A stretch of 64,000 bases of DNA from the IMG/VR virus record IMGVR_UViG_3300030118_002829, positions 1-64,000 of that record. One strand, given 5' to 3'. This DNA comes from an uncultured virus (IMG/VR IMGVR_UViG_3300030118_002829) (lineage: Duplodnaviria; Heunggongvirae; Uroviricota; Caudoviricetes). A model generated the notes under the pieces. That model saw nothing but the letters and a program-made list of their open reading frames with translations. It had not been told where the DNA came from and did no database searches. A program made the translations under genes and the position numbers. Below are positions 8,619 through 20,800 of the stretch, one piece after another; position 1 is the stretch's first letter, and the number at the start of each line of letters is the position of its first letter.

Positions 8619-9308
8619 TCATGTTATTGTTATAGTAGAAGTAGCATTATTTGATAATCCGTTTGAATTCGTAACAGTTAAATTAAATCGTAATAGGGTG
8701 CCGCTAGCGATATGATTCGCATTAAAACCTCCCGCAGTAGAAATTCCCGCAGTTGTTTGCGCTCTATTTTGAAAGTTAAAATAAAATACATTTTGTGCGC
8801 TACCTGCACCACTGGCCGCAGTATTACTGGCTACAACATCAATTGTCGTATTAGGATTAGTAATACCAGCATAAACAACATCATTACCCGCAACTCCAAT
8901 CAAAAGTTGAAGAATATCAGAATTTCCCATCCATCCTAATGCATCACGACCACTTCTAAAAATAACCGCATTGGCGGCAGCATTTGGATTTGCTGCAAAT
9001 TCTAAATTACCTAAACCTGCATGAGCCTCCTCAATTGTCAAAAAGGCACTTGTGATTGTTCCACTACCCGCAGAAAAAGTAGTATTTACTTGAACTGTAT
9101 GTTCACCCTGCCCCGACCCGATAGTGAAACCTTGCGGAACAGAATCCACAGTAGGTTGCCCCGCACCAACTCCAAAAGAAGGAGATATAGACAAAGCATC
9201 TCCTAAGTTTGTAGCCGCAATACCAACAGTAGGAGGAGAAGCACCACCTCCACCAGTAGAGGCTTGTTGTTGAACTACTCCATAAGTCCAATGAAAACCA
9301 GTAGTCAC
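8619..9308 (-). CDS. Tail fibre-associated / receptor-binding protein
   Basis: G/S/T/A/N-rich beta-type protein directly downstream of the fibre; N-terminal xGVVQQQ...GGGG linker. Confidence 0.55.
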   Translation of the reverse strand: MTTGFHWTYGVVQQQASTGGGGASPPTVGIAATNLGDALSISPSFGVGAGQPTVDSVPQGFTIGSGQGEHTVQVNTTFSAGSGTITSAFLTIEEAHAGLGNLEFAANPNAAANAVIFRSGRDALGWMGNSDILQLLIGVAGNDVVYAGITNPNTTIDVVASNTAASGAGSAQNVFYFNFQNRAQTTAGISTAGGFNANHIASGTLLRFNLTVTNSNGLSNNATSTITIT

Positions 9309-9312
9309 TTAA

Positions 9313-11406
9313 TCACCCAATTACTTGCCAATTGTCTGCGGCCCAACAAATAAATGTTTTAGCCTTATCATCTTCAATATCTTGTGCGGCATAAGAACCT
9401 GCACCGTTGAATCTAGTATTTGTGGTATCAGCAGATACAATCTTTCCAGTAAGCGTTCCTCCCGAATTATTGATAATAGTGAATTGAACTCCTATTTCTG
9501 TTGCGGATACATCAGGTAGAGTAACAATAGATGAGGCATTAGTCATTATGATAACTGTTCCCGAATCGGCAATTGTTGGTGAATAAGTGACTGCTCCTAC
9601 TGTAGCAACTGCGGCTCTTGAAAATGCTCCTGCATAAACAGTGGCAGTTCCCGCAGTAGGATAACCTATCCTAGATAAAGTAGTAGAAGGTTGGTCATCA
9701 GCAGTTCCAGCAAGAGTTATTCCCATTTTGATTTCTCCACCTTTAGCGGTTGTTGAATGGGCTTCTGTTGCATAAGCGGCTATAAACGCAGATGCTTCAG
9801 TAATACTGCTTGGGACATTACCATCAGTAGAATCGAATCCTATTCCTCCTAGTATTTCACCTGCGGCAGTGTTAGAATCTTCTCTAACTACTTGGATACC
9901 ATCAAAAGAATCTCCACCTGTTACATTTATTTGTAATATATTTTGAGGAGCAGAAGTGTTTATTCCTATTCTGTCATCTCCTGCATCTATTTGTAACAAA
10001 TAATCTATATTATCACCATCTACTCTAAAGTTAATATCTTGATTAGATGCATTAAATATGGTCTGGTCAGTTTCTAACTGTATATTATTCATATAAGTTC
10101 CCGCACTTCTAGTTCTAAATAACATTCTACCTTTTTCTGAACCATTAGTAACAATATGAGCATCAGCAAAGATATGTGCATATTCAAAATCATTACCTGC
10201 CCCATCTTGACCTACGAATCTAATTGTGCCTATATCGTCACTATTAACTCCTACCCCACTACCTCCACTTCCTTGACTTCGATAAAGTTGTAATTCGGGA
10301 GCCTCATCTGAACTTGCTTGAGTAGATTCAATAGTAACTAAAGGCCCTGCCGTTGCTCCCTTAACATGTAATACAGGAGCAGTAGAAGCATCTGTTGAGC
10401 CATTAGTTGAATCACTTTCAACTTTTAGAGTTGTAGCATTTACGGCTGAAGCATGGTCATTTTTAATATACACTACATTTCTTGTTGAAGTAGAACTTGA
10501 ATCAGAAATAATGTTTAATGCCGAACCAGTAGTTAATCCATCAGCAGTAATATCAATTACTTTAGCAGTGGTAACTCCATCAGCAGTAATATCAAAAACA
10601 TCAGTAGTAGTAGCGGCAGAGGTAAGAGAGAGTAAACTTCCATCGAAGGTTAGATTGGCTTCACCATTAATTCCACCTGCACCAGTAGCAGTGGTTATTC
10701 TGTTATTACCATCGTTTGCTAAAGATGCTCCACCTGCTAATGCTACAATACTAGAAACGGTTACTGATTTAATTACATCAGAACTTCCAGTATCTTGAAT
10801 TAGAACTTTATCATCAGTAGCAACACTAGCGGTTCCAATACCAGTAATGAATAATCCACTTGATGTTCCCGAAATAGAACCTGCTTCCGTATAAGTATTA
10901 GAATTCTCATAACCAATTGATAATTTATTTTCTGTTTTACTAGTAGTAAATGTTTGGAAAGCAACAGTAGAATGAGTATCAGTGGATTGCACTTTAATTA
11001 GAGATATGGGCGTTAAAGTAACCGTTAAATCTGGAACAACACCATCACTTGAACCCATGATTACACTAATAGTTCCTGTTCCATCACCATCATCAGCAAA
11101 GGCAACCCAATGATACAAAGCACCCGAAGATGGTTTGTTAATTGTAGTAGCCGAAAGAGCATCAACGGCAATATATTGACCGTTAGAAAACCCTTTACCT
11201 GCGGTCAATGCTACTTGGATATTCGCACCGCTAGTTGTAAATGTGTGAGCAAATCCTAATGTCGCCCCATCTTTCAGAGCATAATTGCCTTGAGCCATTG
11301 AATGTAATCCTTTGAATAATCCCGAATGAGGAGAATCTATTTTGTCTATTAATTGGCTTGTAGGTGTTGCCGATAAACTGCTAAGTATTCCACTATTTGC
11401 TACCAT
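9313..11406 (-). CDS. Tail fibre protein
   Basis: Fibre-typical segments (NNRITTATGAGGINGEANLTFDG, DINFRVDGD, RIGINTSAP, VTLP...IGVQFTIIN); internal DITADG repeat. Confidence 0.78.
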   Translation of the reverse strand: MVANSGILSSLSATPTSQLIDKIDSPHSGLFKGLHSMAQGNYALKDGATLGFAHTFTTSGANIQVALTAGKGFSNGQYIAVDALSATTINKPSSGALYHWVAFADDGDGTGTISVIMGSSDGVVPDLTVTLTPISLIKVQSTDTHSTVAFQTFTTSKTENKLSIGYENSNTYTEAGSISGTSSGLFITGIGTASVATDDKVLIQDTGSSDVIKSVTVSSIVALAGGASLANDGNNRITTATGAGGINGEANLTFDGSLLSLTSAATTTDVFDITADGVTTAKVIDITADGLTTGSALNIISDSSSTSTRNVVYIKNDHASAVNATTLKVESDSTNGSTDASTAPVLHVKGATAGPLVTIESTQASSDEAPELQLYRSQGSGGSGVGVNSDDIGTIRFVGQDGAGNDFEYAHIFADAHIVTNGSEKGRMLFRTRSAGTYMNNIQLETDQTIFNASNQDINFRVDGDNIDYLLQIDAGDDRIGINTSAPQNILQINVTGGDSFDGIQVVREDSNTAAGEILGGIGFDSTDGNVPSSITEASAFIAAYATEAHSTTAKGGEIKMGITLAGTADDQPSTTLSRIGYPTAGTATVYAGAFSRAAVATVGAVTYSPTIADSGTVIIMTNASSIVTLPDVSATEIGVQFTIINNSGGTLTGKIVSADTTNTRFNGAGSYAAQDIEDDKAKTFICWAADNWQVIG

Positions 11407-11407
11407 T

Positions 11408-11833
11408 CTATTCTACCTCCAATGTATATATCACTTCAATCGTATCGGTTGTTGAAAAATTACCAATTGCGTCAAAATTAATTCTTGAGAGCATAATATT
11501 CTCTGTTGTATATTCAGGATTGCTAGTATTATTAGTATTCACTACTTCATCTATTTGGTCATCTTTGTAAATGTCTCCAAAGAATCCTACCTCTCTAATT
11601 GTATATCCTTGAAGTTCTGTTCCAGTAAATGTTCCTCTAAATTCTACGACCTTATCATCCGAAGAACTAGATGTTGTAGTTGCATCAGTTGATGCGGGTA
11701 ATGGAACATCGAGTGTAGTAGAGGTAGGATTTGTTCCGCCTCCTCCTGTTCCTAATTTCGTTTTTGAAGATGATGCTCCAAAAAAATCTCTCAATAGTAA
11801 TGCTACTTTCTTTTTTGTTGTATCTGTTATCAT
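11408..11833 (-). CDS. Tail tip/baseplate protein
   Basis: LGTG...T.L...IREVGFF...MLSRINF pattern typical of fibre-attachment domains; position in tail module. Confidence 0.6.
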   Translation of the reverse strand: MITDTTKKKVALLLRDFFGASSSKTKLGTGGGGTNPTSTTLDVPLPASTDATTTSSSSDDKVVEFRGTFTGTELQGYTIREVGFFGDIYKDDQIDEVVNTNNTSNPEYTTENIMLSRINFDAIGNFSTTDTIEVIYTLEVE

Positions 11834-14800
11834 GTCAAATCCTCCTCTCTAATTATCTCTGTTATTGTTTCTTGTGGCCCCATAGTTGCACCGAAATCTA
11901 ATTTTCTTGAAGTTGAAGTTTGGAACCCTAGTGTGAACGCATTGGTATCCGCTAAACCTATCCTTCTGATGACTAAACTTAATTCTTTCAGTTTTACAGA
12001 GTCAAAGAAATCTAATGGAGCAGTAGTAGCGGTAAACTGACTACCTCTTATTGAGGCCGCATTCGATTTGTTTAACATAGATAATTCAGCAAATCTATTG
12101 GCTAAATCTTTACGATAAGTTCCTACTTCTAATTCTATAAGTCCTTTCAATTCCCTCCTAATTTCATAGACTTTGTATGTATTCTTAGGAACTCCTTCAG
12201 ATGGGAAATCAAGAGTAACAATATCTCCCGCCTTGATGAATTCAATTCCTGTAACTGACATTCTTACAGTGAATCTATCATCACCTTCGGAGTGTGCCTT
12301 TAGTAACTTTTTTGCCTTTTCATCCACATCATCTTGTGAAATAAGTTCCATATTCACTTCTTCTAGCGTTTTCTTACCAAACTTGTCAATACTCTTGCGA
12401 TTTCTTTTAATTGATTTTACTCCATTACCATATACAATAACTTCATTGTAAAGGTCAAATGTAGATTTATTTCTCGTTACACTAATTATTTTCAAATCTT
12501 TATTTTCATAAGAGAGAGTAATATCTCTAAAGTCCAAATCATTACTTTGTCTAATTAATGATATTCCTTTTTCATCAATCCTTATTTCTTTTTGCTTATA
12601 TTTAGCAGCAAAATTAGAAGCATTAAACAAATCAACTCCTTGGAAATTAGGAGAAATATAATATGGATATTCTCGATTATCTGAAATATCATATGATATA
12701 CCTTCATCTGATAGAATATTATTTACTATATCCTCTACTTCACTACCAATCACTAATGTAGAACCTATTCTAGCAGAAGTTATATCTGATAGATTAACTG
12801 GAACATTACTTTTAATTGTAAAAATTTCACCAAAGGAGACTAGGCCCAAAAATGGATTTTCAATACTACCTATTGACAGTTTACATAAAGAAGATTCATC
12901 GTAATAATTTGTATTGACTCCCATAGATATTTTTTGTCTATTTATTCCGTCTGTTAAAAGCATATTATATGATGAACCATCCTTGAAAGTGTTACGATTA
13001 CCACTAGGATTAAACAAATGAGAATAGTTTCTTAAAACAGTATAGGTATTGTTACACACATAGGCAGTTTCATTTGTAAGATTACCTCCTCTATATTGTC
13101 CTGCTATGGTTAAACTATTTACACTCTCTATTGATTTAACGAAATACTTACTATGTTTTAATTTGATAACATCTCCTTCTTGTATTTTATCCGAAGTAAA
13201 TAGTCCACTACTAGTAACCGTAGAAGATTTATCATTAATATTAATGGCTCCGAGTGTTTGATATTGTGAATGTCTAGCATCCATATCTACGGCCAAATAC
13301 ATAGACATTGGAGGTTCATTATCACCCATAAATCCAGCAAAGTCACTTAAAATCTGTTCTTCATCAGGACCAGTAAAATTATTGTTAGAACTAATATTAG
13401 TAATACTTGGAACATAACCATACATTAATTCCGACTGCGGTTGTTTAGTTGTTGAACCTGACAATTTCCCAATAGATATTTCATTAGGAGAATTAGGCCA
13501 TAAACAGGTTTCAGCAGGGCGCATCACTCTATAATTATTGAAGAACTGAGCCTCCCCATTTTTATTGTATGGAATATTATCTATCAGTAATTCATGTGCT
13601 ACTTCTTTTCCTGTAACATTTCTTCTATGCTCATGAACATAAATAATATGGTCGGGGTCTACCATACAATTGTCTAAACCTGTTACGCCTCCTCCCGAAC
13701 CAATAAATCCTAAAGTGTTACTTCCAGCACTACCATCTGGTAATACAGGCCCCGCATTAGGAGTATGACTGAGCGTAAATTGAGTTGCGGAATCTACTGA
13801 ATTAATTACTACACCGCCAGCAACCATACCATACCCTTTAACTATCATTCCTGCTCTCAATATATTCCTAATATCTTCTTCTCCTGTATAGGTAACTATT
13901 GCATTACTAGTAGAGTATGAACAATTAGACAAAAAGAATTCTTCTTCAATAACTCTAGTTTTAGTAGAACGCTCGCCATCAGTGCCGAAAACGGGAGAAA
14001 CTAAAGCGGCAGGAATATCATAGGCTTCTATCGGCTGAACTTGCCCGTATGTATTTACAGTTAATTCTCCGCTAAATGGTGCGAAGTTTCTCCTTGTTGT
14101 TTTTTGTCCTTCTTCCGTTCCGAAATTAGCCACTAAATACATTCCAGTTAAATCTACAAAGTTAAGCCAAGAATTTTTATCATTATGGTTGAAATTTCTA
14201 GAAGCACCTGTTTCATTAGGAGAAATAGAACTTAATATTCTTAATACCCCTAAATCGGGTTTTAAATCAGTTATTGAGTTTCTACTCTGTTGGTTTATTG
14301 AATGAAAAGCAAAAAGTCCCTTATCGTTTTCTGCTTCGGATTGTGTCCCCGATGCCGCACCTAATGATACCTTTTCCATTCCTCCTAAAAATAATTCAGG
14401 ATGAAAAACTCCAAAAACCCCATTAGCAACATATCCTGTCCCTTGTCCCACATAACTAAATGAATTAGCATTTTGAGTTAAATCAGAATTAGAATTAGCA
14501 AAACCCGATTTAAAATTGCCTAAAGTCGTTAAGAAGTTAAACTCATTACTTTTGTTTGAGAAAGGAGTTTGAGTATTTAATTTGCCTGTGCCATCTCCAT
14601 AAATGGCTTCTGACCTGTCAGAATCACTACTAGCAGGAGAAGTTAATTTAGGTCTTGAATGACCAAAGTTTTTGGTTATCTTTTGTTGTAAATTTCTAAT
14701 GAATGTTCTTGCACCTACGGGTAAATTAGTTGGTAAAGAATCTTCAACGGTATATGAGGCTAAACTAATGACAGAACATCCCGCATAAGGATTACCACCA

Positions 14801-17800
14801 TGTTGTATAAATTCTAATACATTAGAGGGATGACAGTATTCAGTATCTATCGTATTATCCTCGGTGAAATGAAGTTCATCATTATTATCTAAATCCTTAG
14901 CGTTCCTTGAAAACAATGTAATTTGAGTAGCAGTAACGGCTTTAACTTTTCCTACGGGGTTATTAGAAGGGTCATAAACAACTGAATTAACTGGGAATTT
15001 AGTGGTGGCAAGTGAGTCTCCTCCCGAACCATCATCTACTGTTATTGTGAATTGACTTCCTGCGCTAAAGTCGCTTTCATTAACGAATACTCCACTGTTG
15101 ATGGGAGTTCTTGCCTTAGTTACTAAATATTTTTTCTCTTGCATATTGTTAATCGTTAAACCAGTAGAGATACGACTTGCAGAAGTAGCGTAAAAAGTTC
15201 TAAATGCAGGAGGTAGAGCGATTATAGGATTATATCTTGTAGTGGCTAAGTTAGTAAGATAATTTGTATCTCCCGTTGATGTATCAGTAGCATTACTAAC
15301 AGGGTCAATTATCGCTTGAGGACCCATTGCTTGAATAAAGTTTCTCGTGAAACTGCTAAGAAATTTTGGTGATGGGTCATCATTTGAAGGCTCACTAATA
15401 TTAACATCTATATCGGTATTATCTGGTCCTGCATCTGACTTTTGATAAGCATCATCGTTTACTGCTAATCCTATTGGATTATTTGTTGCCAAAGGACCAT
15501 GCGAATCATCATCTGCTTGTTCTACTACACCGTAAGGTATTTGGAAAAAGAAGTATGGTTTTACCCCATTAACAGGATGATAAGTATGGGGAATCAAATC
15601 ATATGTGGTATCTTGACTTGATGCATCATGAGATGCAGCATTCCACATTTGTTGAAGCATATGAGTTTCTACACTCTCCGTTGGAACAGTAAAAGTATTT
15701 TTTCCGCCTTTACCTTTAGTATGGAATCTAAAGAAAGAATCCCAATAGTCTTGTTCGGCTAAAGTAGAGGTTCCATCACTTACGATGTAAAGATAACCAT
15801 CGTATAATCCAGCACTGCCATCTGATTTTATTATTTTACGACTAGCCCCTTCAAGTTCTATATGATGCTCAAAAATTAAACTAACATTTGAAGTAGTGGA
15901 ACCTGTATAATTAGAACTGATTTCAAATGAAGTAACATTGGTTCCCTCTGTTCCAGTATTAATACTAGTAACAGAAACTTGACCGCTAGGCCATCCTGAT
16001 AACGAACCCGATGGCCTTACTTCCATTCCAACAAATACATTTGCGGAAGCATCACAGGTAATAGTAGCATCACCATTGGTAACATCACAAGTGGAATCAG
16101 TTACCGCATTAGCAGTTCTTTTTACTTTACCAATATAATGACCAGTATTGGTGAATAGTTGGTCGCCTTTTTGCAACAAAGAATTCGGATTGCCTGTTAA
16201 ATTGATAATAGTATTATTATCACCGTAAAAAGCAGGGAATAATTCACTTCCAGTTGTTCTTAAATGTATTTTTTTAAGACCTTGATACCTAGTGTATTCA
16301 AAATTAGGTGTAGTCATTTGTGTTATATCAGAAGGCAATCTTTCGGGGTCAATGAGATTAAAATGCCAATCATAAGTGCAATCAATTAGTCTCATTAAAC
16401 CAAATCTTTTCATTTGAGAGGGAGCAATAGAAGAATCACTAATAGGAACAGTTATGTAATTATCATCTATTTCTTCTTCGTTTTGTAAAGAACCCTCATA
16501 ATATTCATGCGGAGTATTACTATTTGAGAAAGAACTTTTAGATTTTAAAAGTAAACTATAATCAGAAAACCTTCTACTAATGGCAGTTTCGCTACTAGAG
16601 TCATAATTAACAATGCCTGAATATCCAATATGGTGTTTTCTTGACATGGAATCGGGATACATGTCAGCAGGAGAAAAAATAAACCATCTTAATGCTTTAG
16701 GGTCGGGTAATTCCCAATGGTCCTTTGCTCTAGTAATTCCATCAAATTTAGGACCAATAAAAGGGGAATGTAAAATAGTTATTTCCTCGAAACCTGTGGA
16801 GTTTTGCGCTGACCCCCCAACCGCACCTGTATCAGTATGAGTTCCTATCTTGGTAAATGGAGGCTTAGTTACATCCAATGTAAATTTACCAGAAACATCA
16901 GCACCCAACGCAGATAATTTAAATGTTCTATTATTATTTTTATCATTTTGACCACCAATTTTAACCCATTGACTATCCAAACTTTGTGTAATAGTATCAC
17001 TATTTCCAGCATTAGGGTCAATGTATGTAGGATTACCTGTTCCTGCATAATCAATATCATAATCAAAATCATTAGAATCCGTAGATAATGCTTTCCACTT
17101 TCTATACTTTAGAATCGTATGAGGAATTGTGCTATTTTCAGGAGCATCCAAATCTTCTTGCCAGTCACCTCCTCTGTGATTATCATGTAATCTAGCCATA
17201 AATCTAGGATAAATACCTACTCTATATCGTGGATGGTCAGGAGTTATTATAGCCGTTCCATATTTGTCAAAATCAGCAAAATTACTACCCATTACTGGTC
17301 TAAAATCTCTAGATTCGGGAGAGAGATATTCAAGGAAAGAAAGATTATGTTTTATTCCATTTGTAAATTCAGCAGTATAATAATCACTGGTTCCTAAACT
17401 CGTATCTGAGGAGGAAGTGTAAGTTGTTCTAAATACTCCCCAAGCAAAATCATTATTATGATAACCATAAGGAAATTTCATTAATTTATTTTTTCCATAT
17501 TTAGCATCAGATATTCTATATGCAGTAGCATAACCATTTACTTTACCTTTTTCTAAAGAATAAGTGGTTTTAATTTTACCATCTTTCAATCTTCTATTAA
17601 TATATGAAAGATATTTTCCTTTTTGTAATCCAAAGTATCTCCATTTAGTGTTACCATATCTATCAATCATATCAGAAAATATAGTAGGAGCAGATGCATT
17701 AGGATTATAGATTCCACCACTTGCATGTGCTAAACTAGTATCAGTAATATGATGATATAGACTTGAGGCCCATTTAATAGGTTTACAATTATTATCGGCT

Positions 17801-20800
17801 TCATTTGGACTAGATAATATAGGATTAGTTAAAGTTAAAACTCCTCCTTGACTTAATCCCTGTGTATTTAAGAAATATAATCCTTGAGTAAAATAATCAG
17901 TTAAAACTGTTATTCTAACTGTTTGGCCACTAGTATCATCTCTAAATGAACCTTGACTTTGAGTGGTTTTTTTACCGTTAGGATGTTTTCTAGTAAAGAG
18001 TATAACTTCAGAATCATTAGTATCATCTTCAAACACATGGGCTACGGAAAATATACCAATATTATCAAGTGTATTAGTGGGTCCTTCAATTTTAATTCTC
18101 ATACCTGCCTCTAAACTTTGTAAAAATGTCTGTGTAGCAGAATCACTGCTAAACAATCTAGCCACGGACCATCCTTGAGTTGAACCAAAAGAAGTCCCTG
18201 CAACAGAATTACCATCAAACTTTATTGTAGTTCCCGAAAAATATTGTGCGGGAGAAGCATTACCATAGTATTTCATAATTTTTTCAGTCGCAGATATTGT
18301 TTTAAATAGCGGTCTATCTAAAGTAAATGCTACTCTATCATTCAAAATTCCATCACTGGAACCTAAACTAATATCTATAATTTTACCAAAGAGTTCCCCG
18401 TTTTCATCAAAGATGAAATCCCCTTGTTTCAATTCTTCCATCCAACTAGCCTGAGCAATTTGAAATACTCCATTATATCCTAATATTTCTGAACTAGTAA
18501 ATGCTCCTATTTGTAATAAGTATTTATCTCTAGAATCTATGGGATTATTATCTACTCTAGCCAAAACTGCGGGACAAATAGGAGCCATTTCAATAACAGT
18601 CTCTCTTTCGTTAGATGATAAATTAATTACATCATATTCGGTCAATGAATTAACAGTATGTAAATTAACATAATTAACACCGTATTTATTACTAATTTCA
18701 TCTGCTACATTACAATAAAACGGGAAATCGAAATCTATACCTTCGGGACTATTGATACTATAACCCTTAGCCAAAGGATTAGAACTACTAGATGTTCCTA
18801 CTAAATTTGACCCGTCTTTAAATGGAGCATTATCGTCAGTTAGAGATAAAGATTTACCTCCTGTAAAAATAATGCCTTTATCTTTAGCCCCTAATAGAGA
18901 ATTAACTCTAGTGGTAGTATAGGGGTTAGAGGAAAGAGATTTAGCCAAACTAATTGTATTACCTCTAATAGGAATTCTAGTAGTAGATACTGTTGATGAA
19001 ACATCTAATTGGTCACTACTACTAAAATCAAATGTCTCAGTAGGAGTTTCATAAAAACTACACATGATGGCCTCGCCATCTTTTAATCTTGTAGGAATAC
19101 CTTCTTCAAATAAAATAACGGCAGGGGTAAAATTACCATCACCTGCAACATCAGTAATTTTATGCACTCTACCTAAAAATATGCCTTGAGAAGTGTATAA
19201 TAAATCGCCTTTTTGTATAGTAGGATTATCGGAAGAAGATGTGATACCACTGATTTGTATTTCAGTAGTTCCAACGGGGTAAACTCCATCATCAGTATAA
19301 GTTATACCGTGTGTAGCATGGTCAGTAACGGTAGTATCAACTTTAGTCACTCTAGCCATCCTCTCAACAGGACCAACAGTAGAGTAAACTATATCTTCTG
19401 TAAACTTAAAATCTTTATTTATAACGGGGCCTAGTAATTCAGAGGCAGTATTTCTACCTCTAATTTTTAATTTAAACATCCCATCTTCAATAACTTGTTC
19501 TACACTTTCAACTGTCCCTTTGAATACCGTCTTTTCAATATCAATAGTTCCAGAGAAATAATCTAAATAACTTAAAATCCCTCTTGCGTAAAAACGAGTA
19601 GATGTATTAGACCTAGCCAAATCGTAACGGGGATTTCCGTCAGCATCATTACCCGAATTTACTGGATAACTATACAAGGAGGTATGTGTTGTTTTCAAAC
19701 CCGAATAAAGACCAACTAAATCATCGGTTTTATTGAAATTCTCTAAGAGTCTTTCATCTTTAAGATGGGTTTGTAATTTAAGGAAACTGTTATGTTTATC
19801 TCCATACTCTACTTTGATACGATGCCCAGTTACCTGTCCTCCTTTTAGGACTAAATGAATATCATTATTTCTTGATTGAGATGCCCTTTCTAATTGCACT
19901 TCTCCTACATTTAAAGAAGGTCTAGTATTAGCCCCCGTTCCTGTAAGATTATCATTTATAGGATTAAGAGTCTGAGTTAATCTTTCAAAATTGGTGACAT
20001 TTCTATTCCACCCATCAGCATTTGAACTAAAGGCCCCAGTCAAAATATAATTATTTATTTTAGTGTCTATCGGTATGTTTGTAAGTAAGTTATCTGCTAA
20101 AAAAGAATATTTTCTTCTAAAAGCAGTAGCGTTAAAAGTTGGAACATTTGTCATAGGAGAAGCACTAGTTAGTGCATATTCTGTATCCGTAGCCTTTCTC
20201 CAACTACGAACTTTCATAAATTGCATAGTTCCATTTTGATTGGAATTAGATTTATTAAAAATAGTATCTATATTAAAATGATAAAGAGTCCCATCTACAT
20301 TTGTAGTAATAGTATCATAAAGCGGGTCATATCTACTAGTTGTTGAAGTGCTACTGTTAAGAATAACAGAGGATAAAAAGAATCTCATATCTTTTTCGTT
20401 TCCTAGATTGATAGCCTCTAATGTGTTCACTCCCGAACTAGCAGAAAAAGAGCCAGTGTTTCTGTCAATTTCAGCAATGGGAAAAGTTCTTTCTTTACCT
20501 ACAATTTCACTTTCAACAATTTGATTAATTAAGAGGGAATCCCCTTCTTTTATTTTCTTAGCAAGAATCTTTTGAGTATCAGCAAATACAATATCTACAT
20601 ATCCGCCAGTAGAGGTTACTGATTCATACTCTATCATTTCCATAGCGTTAGGAATAATAGTATTTGTTAATGGAGAATCACAATAATGCATGTATCTTGA
20701 GTATCCTGTTTTGGTAGAATAGAGCGCATCATCCGTTGTTCTATTAGCCATTCTAAATGAATTCTTTAAATGGTTTGAAGAATCAACAGGACAATACATT